Source of the DNA: Saccharolobus solfataricus P2
Lineage (GTDB): Archaea; Thermoproteota; Thermoprotei_A; Sulfolobales; Sulfolobaceae
Strand: one strand, 5' to 3'
NCBI RefSeq assembly: GCF_000007005.1
Contig: NC_002754.1
Length of the DNA stretch: 64,000 bases
Every line of letters starts with the position of its first letter. Positions within the stretch are counted from its first letter, which is position 1. Under the pieces are notes generated by a model that saw only the letters and a program-made list of their open reading frames with translations, searched no databases and had not been told where the DNA came from. Of the stretch, positions 35,041 through 44,835 are shown piece after piece. The translations under genes were made by a program, and so were the position numbers.

Positions 35041-36477
35041 ATGCCTTCAGCAGTAGGTAAAAAAGTTGTCACAACGCAAAATTACATAGCAAGTTACGTT
35101 GGAGCTAAGGTTTTAGAAGAAGGGGGAAATGCGTTTGACGCTGCTATCGCAATAAGTGCTACCTTATCTGTAGTGATACCGCATACCAGTGGCCTTGGAG
35201 GTGATGGATTTCTATTAGCGAAAACACCGGAGGGTTTAATTGCTTATAATGCATCTGGCTGGGCTCCTAAGGAGTTGAAAGTAGACAAAATAAACAGTGA
35301 TAGAGGTCCGCTTACTGTGGTTGTCCCTGGGTTAGTAGATCTATGGGAATTCATTTATGAAAACTACGCCTCAAAATCACTACATGAATTGCTTATTCCT
35401 GCGATTTCATTAGCGACCAATGGGTTTATGGTGGGAAGAGGATTACACCACGCAATAATAAGTTCGTTTAAATTATCTGATGATTGGAATAGGGTTTATG
35501 GAAGCAAAAGATTTGGTGATGAAATAAAGCTCAGGGGAATTGCTAAGGTCTTGAAGGAGATTTCAAAAGACCCTAGAAGTTTCTATGAAGGAAAGATCGC
35601 AGAGGAGTTAACCAAAGGATTAAGAGAAAGGGGAGTACCAGTGAGTTATGAAGATTTTAGTGAATTTCACGGTGAGATTATAAATCCAATAAAAATGAAG
35701 TATAAGGATTTTATGCTATATGAGTTACCACCAAATACACAAGGACTTACTACACTAGAATTACTTAAAATGATTGAAGTAACTGAAATAAACAAATTGC
35801 CCTTCAACGACGTGAGGAGAGTAAATGATCACGTGCGATTAAGTGCACTAGCTTATGCTGATAGAAATAACTATATAGCTGATCCAAGATTTGTAAACGT
35901 GCCCGTAGAAATGTTATTATCGGAGAAGTATATTGCAAATAAGATAGCTGAATATGGATTCGAGGTAAAAGTAAACGTTACTGGAGATACAACGTTTTTC
36001 GCTGTTGCTGATGGCGAAAATGAAATTGGATTTATACAAAGTCTATTTTATCCCTTTGGCTCTGGGATAGTGGTAAACGATATACCGTTTAACAATAGAG
36101 GTGCAGGATTTTCTGAAGGAAATAATAAACCAGAACCTAGGAAGAGACCCTTACACACACTTTCTATACTAATGGCCGAGAAGGACGATGAGAGAATCTT
36201 TATAGGTTGTGCTGGTGGAGATCTGAGACCACAAATCCATGCTGAAGTATTTGAGTATTATGCCGATTATAACATGGAAATTGATGAAGCAGTTCAAGCT
36301 CCTAGGTTCATGTATTTGGGAAATAAGGTTATTGCCGAAAAGAGACTCGGTGTACCTGCTACACAAACAGACTATTATTCGCCTGAGGTGGGAATAGTGC
36401 AAGCCCTAAAGTATAAGAAAGGAAGATATATCGGAGTTGCTGACATTAGAAGTGAAGGCATAGTATTACCTATTTAG
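35041..36477 (+). CDS. ggt: Gamma-glutamyltransferase family (Ntn hydrolase)
   Basis: GGNAFDAA, SGLGGDGF, GDTTFF autocleavage Thr, PRKRPLHTL. Confidence 0.92.
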   Translation: MPSAVGKKVVTTQNYIASYVGAKVLEEGGNAFDAAIAISATLSVVIPHTSGLGGDGFLLAKTPEGLIAYNASGWAPKELKVDKINSDRGPLTVVVPGLVDLWEFIYENYASKSLHELLIPAISLATNGFMVGRGLHHAIISSFKLSDDWNRVYGSKRFGDEIKLRGIAKVLKEISKDPRSFYEGKIAEELTKGLRERGVPVSYEDFSEFHGEIINPIKMKYKDFMLYELPPNTQGLTTLELLKMIEVTEINKLPFNDVRRVNDHVRLSALAYADRNNYIADPRFVNVPVEMLLSEKYIANKIAEYGFEVKVNVTGDTTFFAVADGENEIGFIQSLFYPFGSGIVVNDIPFNNRGAGFSEGNNKPEPRKRPLHTLSILMAEKDDERIFIGCAGGDLRPQIHAEVFEYYADYNMEIDEAVQAPRFMYLGNKVIAEKRLGVPATQTDYYSPEVGIVQALKYKKGRYIGVADIRSEGIVLPI

Positions 36478-36683
36478 TTATTTTCCTTTGGATCTGCTTT
36501 GTTGATCCAACTGGATATCTTTTCACAGAACTGAACTACTATTTTCCTTCAATTAATATTCAAGGTGTACAATTTTGGCCTGTAATGCCTATTAACTCTC
36601 TGTGAAAACTCAACAGGTCCACAAAGTACCTTGGATTATGAAGTCTGTGAGCTACCCCCTCATAAATGAGGGAGCTTCCTGCT

Positions 36684-37941
36684 TCACAGCCCCACCTTGC
36701 CAGAGTACTGGTAGAGGGCGGAGCTCCACACTAAGGGTCGCTCCGACCCCGCACCCTTCAAAATGTTAAGAGAAGCATTATAGTCACGATCTGCAATCCA
36801 ACCACAGTTGGGACAAACGAAAACACGATCAGATAGAGACAAGTCATTTTTCACATACCCGCACCTAGCACAAGTTTTGGAAGTGTATGCAGGATTAACT
36901 AGGATGAGTTTCTTTCCGTATTTTTCCAGCTGATACTTCAGCACATCCCTCAACTCACCAAATCCCACATCACTCAGCCTCCTCCTCAGAGACCTCAAGG
37001 ACTTACCCACAAGTTGTTTAGCGTGAATACCCTCCATCACCACAACGTCATAATGCTCAGCAAACCACTTACCCAACTTCATGTAAAGATCCGTTCTTAG
37101 ATTCTTCAAATACTCATAAGCCCTAGCAAGCTTAACCTTAGCCTTAAACCAATTATTAGAGAGGAACTTCTTCCTTGAAAGCTCCCTATGAAGATGCTTC
37201 ACTTTCCATAAAGCTTTCTCGTAAGGTCTCAAATTAGGAAAATACTCACCATCTGACGTTACTAACAACTTTTCTACACCAACATCTATCGCCACTACCT
37301 TACCAGTGTTAGGTAACTTGGGGAATTCGTGATCAACTACGAAAGTGATGTATATCCTCTCAGATCTTGTTAGCTTCACTACCACCCTCTTTACTTTGTC
37401 AAGGGGAAAGTCTCGGTGAACTATTACCTTGAACGTACCAAGATTTGATAGTTTAAGCGTTATTAGTTTCTTCTTGCTTCCTTTTCTTATTTCTCTAACG
37501 TTAGTGCTTTCAGAAAGTTTATGGCTTTAGGCAAAGGATATACCACTAAATCATAGTCTAAGAACTTTTCCAAAATACTAGTGAAGTATTTTCCAACCGC
37601 TTTGCGTATAGACAAGGGAGTAGTATTTATGAGGTTTCTTTTCTTTTGGGAAACGTGCTAAACCTTCAAAAAAACCTCTGTCTAGCTTCGTAGTAACGGT
37701 CAGCTATTTGTTGAACTACTTGCGAGTAGAGTTGCTTATACTCATCATCTTGTTTTCTCAGATCTAGAGCCAACTGTCTTAACTCAGTCTGCGTAAGTCC
37801 TTTCCCATCCCTTTGGTAAAAGTATATGTCTGCCCACCTTAAGGTGTTGTAGATTTTGCACGCTAACTTCAACTGGGCTTTTAACGCCCTAAGGGTTTGT
37901 TCGTCAGTGTATGCACGGAAGCGAAACCCTAAGGTGGGTAT
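36684..37941 (-). pseudogene. tnpB: TnpB RNA-guided nuclease, disrupted; 391 aa when repaired
   Basis: ATA-CCC-ACC (…[10 protein letters not shown]) at 37941, an A7 run at 37668-74 (+1), and an 81-bp insertion at 37502-37582. RuvC motifs AIDVG, VMEG, DRDYNA and Zn finger CARC/CPNC are intact. Confidence 0.92.
37502..37580. mobile_element. 79-bp MITE (SM1-like) inserted in tnpB
   Basis: Ends TAGTGCTTTCAGAAAGTT and (reverse complement) TAGTATTTTGGAAAAGTT, 13/18 identical; flanked by GT on both sides. Removing 81 bp restores KILH|VREIRKG in frame. Confidence 0.8.
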
Positions 37942-38050
37942 TGATGTGTATTTTGTTATTTTCCTATTTTTAACTTTTCTACAAAGGGATTCATCTCAAA
38001 GAGGCGAAGTTTTCCGCCCCCTTTGAACCCCCGTCTGTTATAAACATAAT

Positions 38051-38348
38051 ACGCAATCATAGGTCAGATTGACTACAGATGATAGCTTATATGGCTGAAA
38101 TGTAGTATAAAAATACCTAAGACGTACTGGTGTTTACCCGTGGCGTAACTTCTGCTTACTTTTAACCACTTCTAATTCCGCCACGGGCACCCCTCTTGAG
38201 GGCTCATACACACTCACCCTCAACTCATTGGGGCTAGTCGAGGGAAACACCACTACCCTCCCATCCGTATTTGTCGCCCCCAATACCTCGTGAGCATAGC
38301 CCGTCATCAGTATGGAGTTCATCAATTTATAATGTAGAGGAAATAATA
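38051..38348 (-). other. Hairpin-containing block with a GC-rich core between 12-bp direct repeats; contains a 63-codon ORF (38134-38325)
   Basis: TATAAACATAAT at 38039-50 and 38349-60; inverted repeats CCCGTGGCG/CGCCACGGG (38137-87) and CCCTC-TT-GAGGG (38191-202). Confidence 0.4.
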
Positions 38349-38692
38349 TATAAACATAATCATAATAAAGATCATATTGTGAAATGATTAAAAGTATTTA
38401 AAAGTTATGCAAATGTGTTACAGTCTCCAACATTTGGAATCTTATTGGTTAAGATTGCCCATAGAGCGGGGAATATTTAGTAGATCATAATGAAGCCTAG
38501 GAATACTATATACAAGCCAAGAAGTTGACACTAATTCATGAAAATTCAGTAAAGATAAAGAGCATAACAAGTATGGGCAAATAAGACTAATGGCGCTAAT
38601 GGAAAATTCTAACTTCTCACGCAAGAGTCTTAGGAATCTTCAAGCTAACTATATATTATATTATACAAAATTTTATTTTTACTATTTCTATT

Positions 38693-39589
38693 CTACCAAT
38701 TTAGTACACTGGAATCGCACTCTGAGTATTTAAAGGCTAGTAGTAGAGCACCTTGTTCTGGCTCATGTTCTGCAATTACCCCTTTTATATTATTATTATC
38801 TAAATAATTTCTAAAGAAATTATAATATACTGAAGAATTAAACATTCCGCCTTTTAGGAATATTTTATCAACACCTATTTTTACTGCCAGCTGAACAGCA
38901 TAACTAGCGAGCTCAAAGGCTGCGTTTTTCAATATATCTAAGGCTATCCAATCCCCTTCATTAGCCGCTTCATCTACTATTTTTGCTAATGATGCGATAT
39001 CCTTAACCTTATGACCCTCATGATAAGCCCACTTTATTAAATCATCAACATCATTTATATTCAAATTCTTCATTATCTTATCTGCAATTATTGTTTTGTT
39101 TATCCTGCCATCTAACATCTTTCCAAAAGCTCTCAGTGCTTCTCTTCCTATCCAATAAGCTGAACCTTCATCAGCTATTAACCATCCTAAGCCTCCAAAC
39201 CTAACCCTCCTATTACCATCATAGCCAACTATAACACTCCCAGTACCTGCTATAACTATAACTCCAGGGTTTCCTCTAGTTTCTGCATAAAGAGCGACAA
39301 AACCATCGTGATCGACATAAACGTTTTTTGCAATAGATCTCAATGCTTCTGCCATTATGTTGTAATCATATCTAGAATCTACCCCAGCCAAACCTACATA
39401 AGCTACATCTGGTTTCATACCTTTTGTGGCTAATAAAATCGCTCTGTTAACGTTTTTTACAGCCTCTTCAACACCTACATTATGGAAATTCGCAGGTCCA
39501 GCTAAACCCTTGCCTAAGAAGGATCCGCTACAAGTATAAGCTATAGCACTTGTTTTACTTCCTCCCCCATCCACTCCGACAAGTATCAT
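38693..39589 (-). CDS. ASKHA sugar kinase (hexokinase/GlcNAc kinase, BadF/BadG type)
   Basis: VDGGGSKT, GPANF, AGTGS, GGLGWLIADEGSAYWIG. Confidence 0.9.
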   Translation of the reverse strand: MILVGVDGGGSKTSAIAYTCSGSFLGKGLAGPANFHNVGVEEAVKNVNRAILLATKGMKPDVAYVGLAGVDSRYDYNIMAEALRSIAKNVYVDHDGFVALYAETRGNPGVIVIAGTGSVIVGYDGNRRVRFGGLGWLIADEGSAYWIGREALRAFGKMLDGRINKTIIADKIMKNLNINDVDDLIKWAYHEGHKVKDIASLAKIVDEAANEGDWIALDILKNAAFELASYAVQLAVKIGVDKIFLKGGMFNSSVYYNFFRNYLDNNNIKGVIAEHEPEQGALLLAFKYSECDSSVLNW

Positions 39590-39605
39590 GAAATATATTA
39601 TGTTG

Positions 39606-40367
39606 TTAAAGAAATTTAAATGAATAGTTTAATGCGTCTAGATAGCTTTTAGGGTCTCCTACGTTTAACCATTTCTCATCTTCATTCATTTCTAACGCGT
39701 AAACTTCTTTACCATCTAGCAACAAATTATGTATCCCATAAGTTAACTCCAACTCTTTACCTTCCTCAACCTTAATTTGCCTTAAGGCACTGAATATACT
39801 AGGCTTAAAAATGTAAACTGCAGCTATGGCTAAGTTAGATTTTGGATGTAATGGTTTCTCCTCCGCGTCAATTACCCTATATAATTTGTGACCATTGTAC
39901 ATACCCTTATCTTGAACAGTTACCACACCATATCTACTAGGATTTTCCACTCTTCTGACTAAAAGTACGCCATCTGGACTTATTTCATTAAATAGCAATT
40001 TGAGAGAGTCATATCCTTTAGTTAGAACACCATCATCAGCATGAACGAAGAAAGGTTCATTTGTTGAGAAGTCCTCTGCCCTCAAGACTGCATCGCCAAA
40101 TCCCTTAGGCATATCTTGAAATACAAAAGTTGGTGTTCTATCGAATAAGTATTGCATTAGTAACATTCCATTTCTTCCTACCACGATACAGAACTTTTCT
40201 ACACCAATCTTATTTAATGAATCCATTATTAAATCTATAACTGGTCTAGTTACCTTCCCTCCATTTTCCGTTACGAATAAGGGTAATAATGCCTTTGGTA
40301 ATACATTTGTTATATGTTTCATTCGACTTCCTTTTCCAGCTGATGTAATTACGGCCTTTTCAAGCAT
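39606..40367 (-). CDS. Sugar-1-phosphate nucleotidyltransferase
   Basis: SAGKGSRM…LPKALLP, Q..PKGFGDA, EEKP, NVG. Confidence 0.9.
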   Translation of the reverse strand: MLEKAVITSAGKGSRMKHITNVLPKALLPLFVTENGGKVTRPVIDLIMDSLNKIGVEKFCIVVGRNGMLLMQYLFDRTPTFVFQDMPKGFGDAVLRAEDFSTNEPFFVHADDGVLTKGYDSLKLLFNEISPDGVLLVRRVENPSRYGVVTVQDKGMYNGHKLYRVIDAEEKPLHPKSNLAIAAVYIFKPSIFSALRQIKVEEGKELELTYGIHNLLLDGKEVYALEMNEDEKWLNVGDPKSYLDALNYSFKFL

Positions 40368-40397
40368 TAATTCATATTAAAGTATTCATATTATATA

Positions 40398-41455
40398 TGC
40401 TTTGTGGATTGCTTCAGAATTGTACAAAAAGTTTATAAATTATTCGTTTAAGTATTACCTATGGGAAAGAGTAAGTACAAGAGGGACTGGAGCAAGTACG
40501 ACGAGAACGTCATTACTAGATATAAGTTGATGTTCCCCTTCTACGTATTCGAACATTGGTGGGACTTATTAGCAGAGGAGAACAGGAACGCTAGGACAAA
40601 GTATAAAGCTCCGAAGGAGTTCGACGAATTCCTAGCCTTCCTCCACATCTTCCTACCTTACAGAGCAATAGAAGGAGTATTAAGAGCCTTAGAACAATTG
40701 AAGATCATCCCCACAAGCCTCGATTACTCAACAATATGGAAGAGAGTGAGGAACATGAAAATAACCTTCCCCGAGGCAAGTGACGAACTTGAAGTAATTG
40801 CAGACGCTACAGGCATTAGCACAAACACGGGAGGACAATACATTGTTGCCAAGTGGGGTAAGACTAGGGATTCAAAATTCCTCAAGATCGAGATAGTAAT
40901 GGACAATAACGAATTCAACGTGATAAACGCTGAGGTCACTAGCAACGAGGTTGAAAGCGCTGTAAAAACAGTTAAGGATCTTCAAGATAAGGGAAAGAAG
41001 GTCAAGAAGTTTTATGGAGATAAGACATATGACGCCAATGAGGTTTACAAGACCGGAGTTGAGGTTGTAGTTCCTCCCAAGAAGAACGCTTCTACTAAAA
41101 GGGGCCATCTTGCTAGACGTAAGGCTGTGCGGGAGTTTAGGAAGTTGGGTTATGATCGTTGGAGGGAGGAGAAGGGTTATGGCGTTAGGTGGAGGGTCGA
41201 GTCCTTGTTCTCTGCGGTGAAGCGTACTTTTGGGGAATCGGTTAGGGCAACAAGTTTTGCTGGACAAGTAGTTGAGGCTAAGCTCAAGTTCTGGGCTTAC
41301 GCGTGGATGGTTCACTTGGCGAATTCTGTAGTCGGTAGGGCTCCGGGCATTAGGGTGTAAGCTTGAGAGGAACGTTGAAATAAATATTAATTACTGAAAA
41401 ATTAGTGTTATACAATATCGTTTTAATGAGACAAATTGAACAAATCAACAAAGTA
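40398..41455 (+). mobile_element. ISC1058-type insertion sequence (IS5-like DDE), 1058 bp
   Basis: Imperfect TIRs TGCTTTGTGGATT / TACTTTGTTGATT; 9-bp target duplication TATTATATA at 40389-97 and 41456-64; length exactly 1058. Confidence 0.93.
40461..41360 (+). CDS. DDE transposase, intact, 299 aa
   Basis: IADATG, YGDKTYD, RWRVESLFSAVKR. Confidence 0.95.
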   Translation: MGKSKYKRDWSKYDENVITRYKLMFPFYVFEHWWDLLAEENRNARTKYKAPKEFDEFLAFLHIFLPYRAIEGVLRALEQLKIIPTSLDYSTIWKRVRNMKITFPEASDELEVIADATGISTNTGGQYIVAKWGKTRDSKFLKIEIVMDNNEFNVINAEVTSNEVESAVKTVKDLQDKGKKVKKFYGDKTYDANEVYKTGVEVVVPPKKNASTKRGHLARRKAVREFRKLGYDRWREEKGYGVRWRVESLFSAVKRTFGESVRATSFAGQVVEAKLKFWAYAWMVHLANSVVGRAPGIRV

Positions 41456-41478
41456 TATTATATAAGATCATTGTGAAG

Positions 41479-42819
41479 TTATTCTTCTTGCTCACTTTCC
41501 TCTTCCATCATACTTAACGTCTCAGCCACTAGAAAACCTATTATTATGAATGACATAAAGATATATACTTCTATAGGAGAAGCAGAAGACAAAGAATTTA
41601 TTAGCTCAAATATACTAAAGGTCACTGCTGAAATTCCAACTATAATTTGGAACAGCCTCTTTCTGAATTTCTTGATTGAAATTTTTATTAACGAAAAATT
41701 GGCTGCTACGTGTACAAATAAACTTGAAAACAGAGCTATAGCTCCTAATACGCCAAATGCGACGAATGGGTTATTTATTAAATATAAACCGAATAATGAG
41801 GTTATAAAGTATAATATAACGGACAATATTACAGCATTGGTAGGTCCTTTGTAATTTTCAAATTTGCTGAAAACTTTAGGTAAAAGATTAGTATAAGACA
41901 TAGCGAAGATTGTCCTAGATGTTGCTATAATAAATCCTAAACTTCCTAAGATACCATCGTTTATGGCTGCAAATAAAACAAATATGAAAGTAATAAGACC
42001 AAATCTATTTTCTATTAGATGTAAAATGTCGACGTTATTAGCTGATATGTTGTAGAATAATAAATGATCACCTATTGCGTAAATATCGAATGCAGCTAGC
42101 AATCCTCCTAATAGAATAACTGTTATTATAGCCCTACTAATTGTCTTTCTTGCATCTTTAGCCTCACCAGAAACTGGTGCTATTGCTCCATAGCCAGTAG
42201 GTATACTAGAACCGAATAGAATAGCATATGCTAAAGTTCCTAAGTTTACATGAAAAGATAATGGATTATAAAAGTGAAATCCAGTAGAGCTTAAAAATAC
42301 TAGTGCAAGTGTAGTCATAATACCTATTTCTAACAAGCTTGTAAAAACAGCGTATTTTGTGCTAATCTTTATACCCATAATTGCAAAAAAGGATGCAATT
42401 GATAGAAGACCTAGCCCTACTATCCAAGGATTTATCCCTAGGATGTGATAGAGAATATATGTAGTTCCAAAAATATACGCAACACCATATGTAGTAGAGT
42501 ATAGTACATAGAGCCATCCAGTTTCAAAACCTAAACGTTTAGTTAAAGAATAAAATGCATATGTATAATAACCACCCGCTTTAGTAAATCTCTTTGAAAG
42601 TTCATAAACTACCAATCCATTTAGGAGTACTAGTAAGGTGCCTAAAATGATTGCTATAGGGGCTAAAAAACCAGCAATAATAAACGCTTCTACGCCATAT
42701 GTCAAGATACTCAGAAAGGGTGATTGAGAACCCATTGAAAGAAAAACGATATCAATAAAGCCTAAATGTCTTTTAGGTTCTTGATTCTGTTGTGCTTTGC
42801 TGATTGACGAGGTACTCAT
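41479..42819 (-). CDS. APC-family amino acid permease
   Basis: KAGGYY, GYGAIAPVSGEAKD, SR.IFAM. Confidence 0.88.
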   Translation of the reverse strand: MSTSSISKAQQNQEPKRHLGFIDIVFLSMGSQSPFLSILTYGVEAFIIAGFLAPIAIILGTLLVLLNGLVVYELSKRFTKAGGYYTYAFYSLTKRLGFETGWLYVLYSTTYGVAYIFGTTYILYHILGINPWIVGLGLLSIASFFAIMGIKISTKYAVFTSLLEIGIMTTLALVFLSSTGFHFYNPLSFHVNLGTLAYAILFGSSIPTGYGAIAPVSGEAKDARKTISRAIITVILLGGLLAAFDIYAIGDHLLFYNISANNVDILHLIENRFGLITFIFVLFAAINDGILGSLGFIIATSRTIFAMSYTNLLPKVFSKFENYKGPTNAVILSVILYFITSLFGLYLINNPFVAFGVLGAIALFSSLFVHVAANFSLIKISIKKFRKRLFQIIVGISAVTFSIFELINSLSSASPIEVYIFMSFIIIGFLVAETLSMMEEESEQEE

Positions 42820-42877
42820 CCGAAAATCACTTTTCTACGACTATTATTTAAACTCTTTCCCTTATACTGTTAAAAAA

Positions 42878-43996
42878 TTACTTTAGAATATTTATCTTTT
42901 GGACTAGTTTAAATAATGATACCACTACGTATGCATCTACTACTGGCATAAAATCTGTTACATAAAAACTAAAGAGAGTATGATTTCCCAAGATATAAAC
43001 AATTACAAATCCTATCCACATAGTCCACGCCCACATTGTAGTAGTTATCAGCTTACTGTCTCTAAAAATAAACGCAAGTGGAGTTGTAATTATCCATAGT
43101 ATTAACACATAAGGATTAGTACTGGCATACAAATTGTAACCAAGATAGAAAGGATGAATGTTTAAGAACCAATCCCATGGAGTTGAAATCTGAGAAGTCG
43201 CAGTTAAAGTAATATGGCCGTTAGTAACGTCCCACAATGCTCTGTGAATTATAGTAGCGTCTAGCCACGCCTTAATTCCACCGTAATAAGCTATTAATGG
43301 GGTAGAGAACAAAATGTATATCAAAGCTGGAATTCCTATTCCATAAATCGCTCTTTTCTTAACATTATTTGAAATCTCTCCTAGATAGTAAAGAAACGGA
43401 AATATTAGAACATAAGCTGATTCCTTTGACAGCATAGCCAAGGCTAACGCTATACTAGCCCATAGTGGTTTATCGTTCAGTAGAAAATAAAGAGATAGAA
43501 AACTGAAGAAGGATACGTAAATATCAAGAAGCGCTATACCGTGAAGAGACCACACATTCGGATCCAGCGCAATAAGAAGAGCAGTAAGTATTCCAGCTAA
43601 GTTGCCTAAAATTCCGTTACTAACTAGTTTTTTGCCAAGAAAATAACCTACGATAAGCATGAGATCACCTAGAATCCAACTAGGTATTCTCCAAACTATC
43701 GGATAGTATCCCACAAAGTAGATGAAAACTGCCATAATGTATTTAGCTAGAGGAGGATGTTCTGGATTTATATATGTTTGAATATTCTGCTCATTCGGAT
43801 ATCCTATATTTGTCATTGGTGGGGGAGTTACATGAAACACTAATTTTAGCATATTATAAGCAGCTGTAGGATACCATACCTCATCACCTATATATGCGTT
43901 AATAGGTGAAAACGTAATTACTGTTTCATAAGTATATACAGAAATAAGTACAATTAAGGACAAATAAAAGAAAAAGTTAATCCACTTTAATTGCAT
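42878..43996 (-). CDS. GT-C / PMT (GT39-like) membrane glycosyltransferase
   Basis: GDEVWY acidic loop motif, [26 protein letters not shown]. Confidence 0.8.
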   Translation of the reverse strand: MQLKWINFFFYLSLIVLISVYTYETVITFSPINAYIGDEVWYPTAAYNMLKLVFHVTPPPMTNIGYPNEQNIQTYINPEHPPLAKYIMAVFIYFVGYYPIVWRIPSWILGDLMLIVGYFLGKKLVSNGILGNLAGILTALLIALDPNVWSLHGIALLDIYVSFFSFLSLYFLLNDKPLWASIALALAMLSKESAYVLIFPFLYYLGEISNNVKKRAIYGIGIPALIYILFSTPLIAYYGGIKAWLDATIIHRALWDVTNGHITLTATSQISTPWDWFLNIHPFYLGYNLYASTNPYVLILWIITTPLAFIFRDSKLITTTMWAWTMWIGFVIVYILGNHTLFSFYVTDFMPVVDAYVVVSLFKLVQKINILK

Positions 43997-44007
43997 AAAC
44001 TAAGCCT

Positions 44008-44826
44008 TTACTTCAAAATTTTTAAAGCTTCTCCAATATCCGCATTCTCGTGAATAACCTTCGATATAGCTTTAGCTAGCTTGTCTGGTTCTTCCGCTTG
44101 CCATAAATTCCTGCCTACAGTTACACCCTTAGCTCCAGCTTCTAGAGCATCTCTTAGCATCCTTAAGAATTCCTCAGTTGTATTTGTCTTAGGACCTCCT
44201 CTAATTAGGATTGGACTAAATGCCACGTTAATGACTTGTCTAAATGATTCCTTGTTTCCCGTATAATCAACTTTTAGAATATCAGCACCTATTTCTGATG
44301 CTAATCTAGTCACATACTTTACCAAATCTACTTCTTTTACTGAATCTGGATTATCTTTTGTAACATATAAAGGTTCTACAATGAACGGTATCCCATAATC
44401 ATTTGCCTCTTTTCTTAAGGAAGATAAGACACTCAAATTATACCCTTCTACTGTGTCGTTTCCATAGCCGACTACTAGATAAGTAACTACAGCATCTGCT
44501 CCAGCACTGATCGCGTCCTTTACTGTATAAATACTCGCATAATAACCCTCATTGTAGACCTTGTATTTTTGCCTCCATACGTTCGCAGTATCCAATCTAG
44601 TTATTAACATAGGTGACCCTCTTGAAAAGAAGTTCTCCTTAACAAGTTTTACCATTGAAGGTGTCATTTGTAAGGCATCTGGACCATTTTTAGCAATTTT
44701 AGCTACGACTTCTACAGGATTTTCTATTCCCTTCAATGGTCCCATTACCAATCCGTGATCTAAGGCAACAACCAAAGCTCTACCTTTATCAAATAACTTG
44801 GCCATTCGAATTTCTGAACCAATCAT
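44008..44826 (-). CDS. Class I aldolase, DhnA/FbaB family
   Basis: ALDHG, GADAV, GIPFIVE, GADILKVDY, GG, GRNLWQ. Confidence 0.88.
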   Translation of the reverse strand: MIGSEIRMAKLFDKGRALVVALDHGLVMGPLKGIENPVEVVAKIAKNGPDALQMTPSMVKLVKENFFSRGSPMLITRLDTANVWRQKYKVYNEGYYASIYTVKDAISAGADAVVTYLVVGYGNDTVEGYNLSVLSSLRKEANDYGIPFIVEPLYVTKDNPDSVKEVDLVKYVTRLASEIGADILKVDYTGNKESFRQVINVAFSPILIRGGPKTNTTEEFLRMLRDALEAGAKGVTVGRNLWQAEEPDKLAKAISKVIHENADIGEALKILK

Positions 44827-44835
44827 AGAAGTAGA

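Larger units (their letters stand above)
36647..38040 (-). mobile_element. IS200/IS605-family tnpB-only element; left boundary approximate
   Basis: Right end: hairpin CCCTCAT-TT-ATGAGGG then …GTAGC-TCAC ending at 36647. Left-end hairpin TTCGCCTC-TTT-GAGATGAA (37990-38008). No tnpA, no terminal inverted repeats. Confidence 0.8.

Noticed and set aside
36647-38040. Naming the tnpB element ISC1316 or assigning an exact TAM
   Set aside because: The protein does not match the ISC1316 OrfB I recall, and the left boundary (TTTAT versus TATAA) cannot be fixed without an empty-site comparison.
38290-38325. Second box C/D sRNA on the minus strand (TTGATGA…CTGA)
   Set aside because: Only 8 nt separate the C and D' boxes, there is no terminal CTGA at the right distance, and I recognise no rRNA complementarity. 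Kept only as a kink-turn hint.
38380-38690. Possible decayed gene or the ORF 38442-38624
   Set aside because: Stops in all plausible frames and no motif; treated as intergenic.
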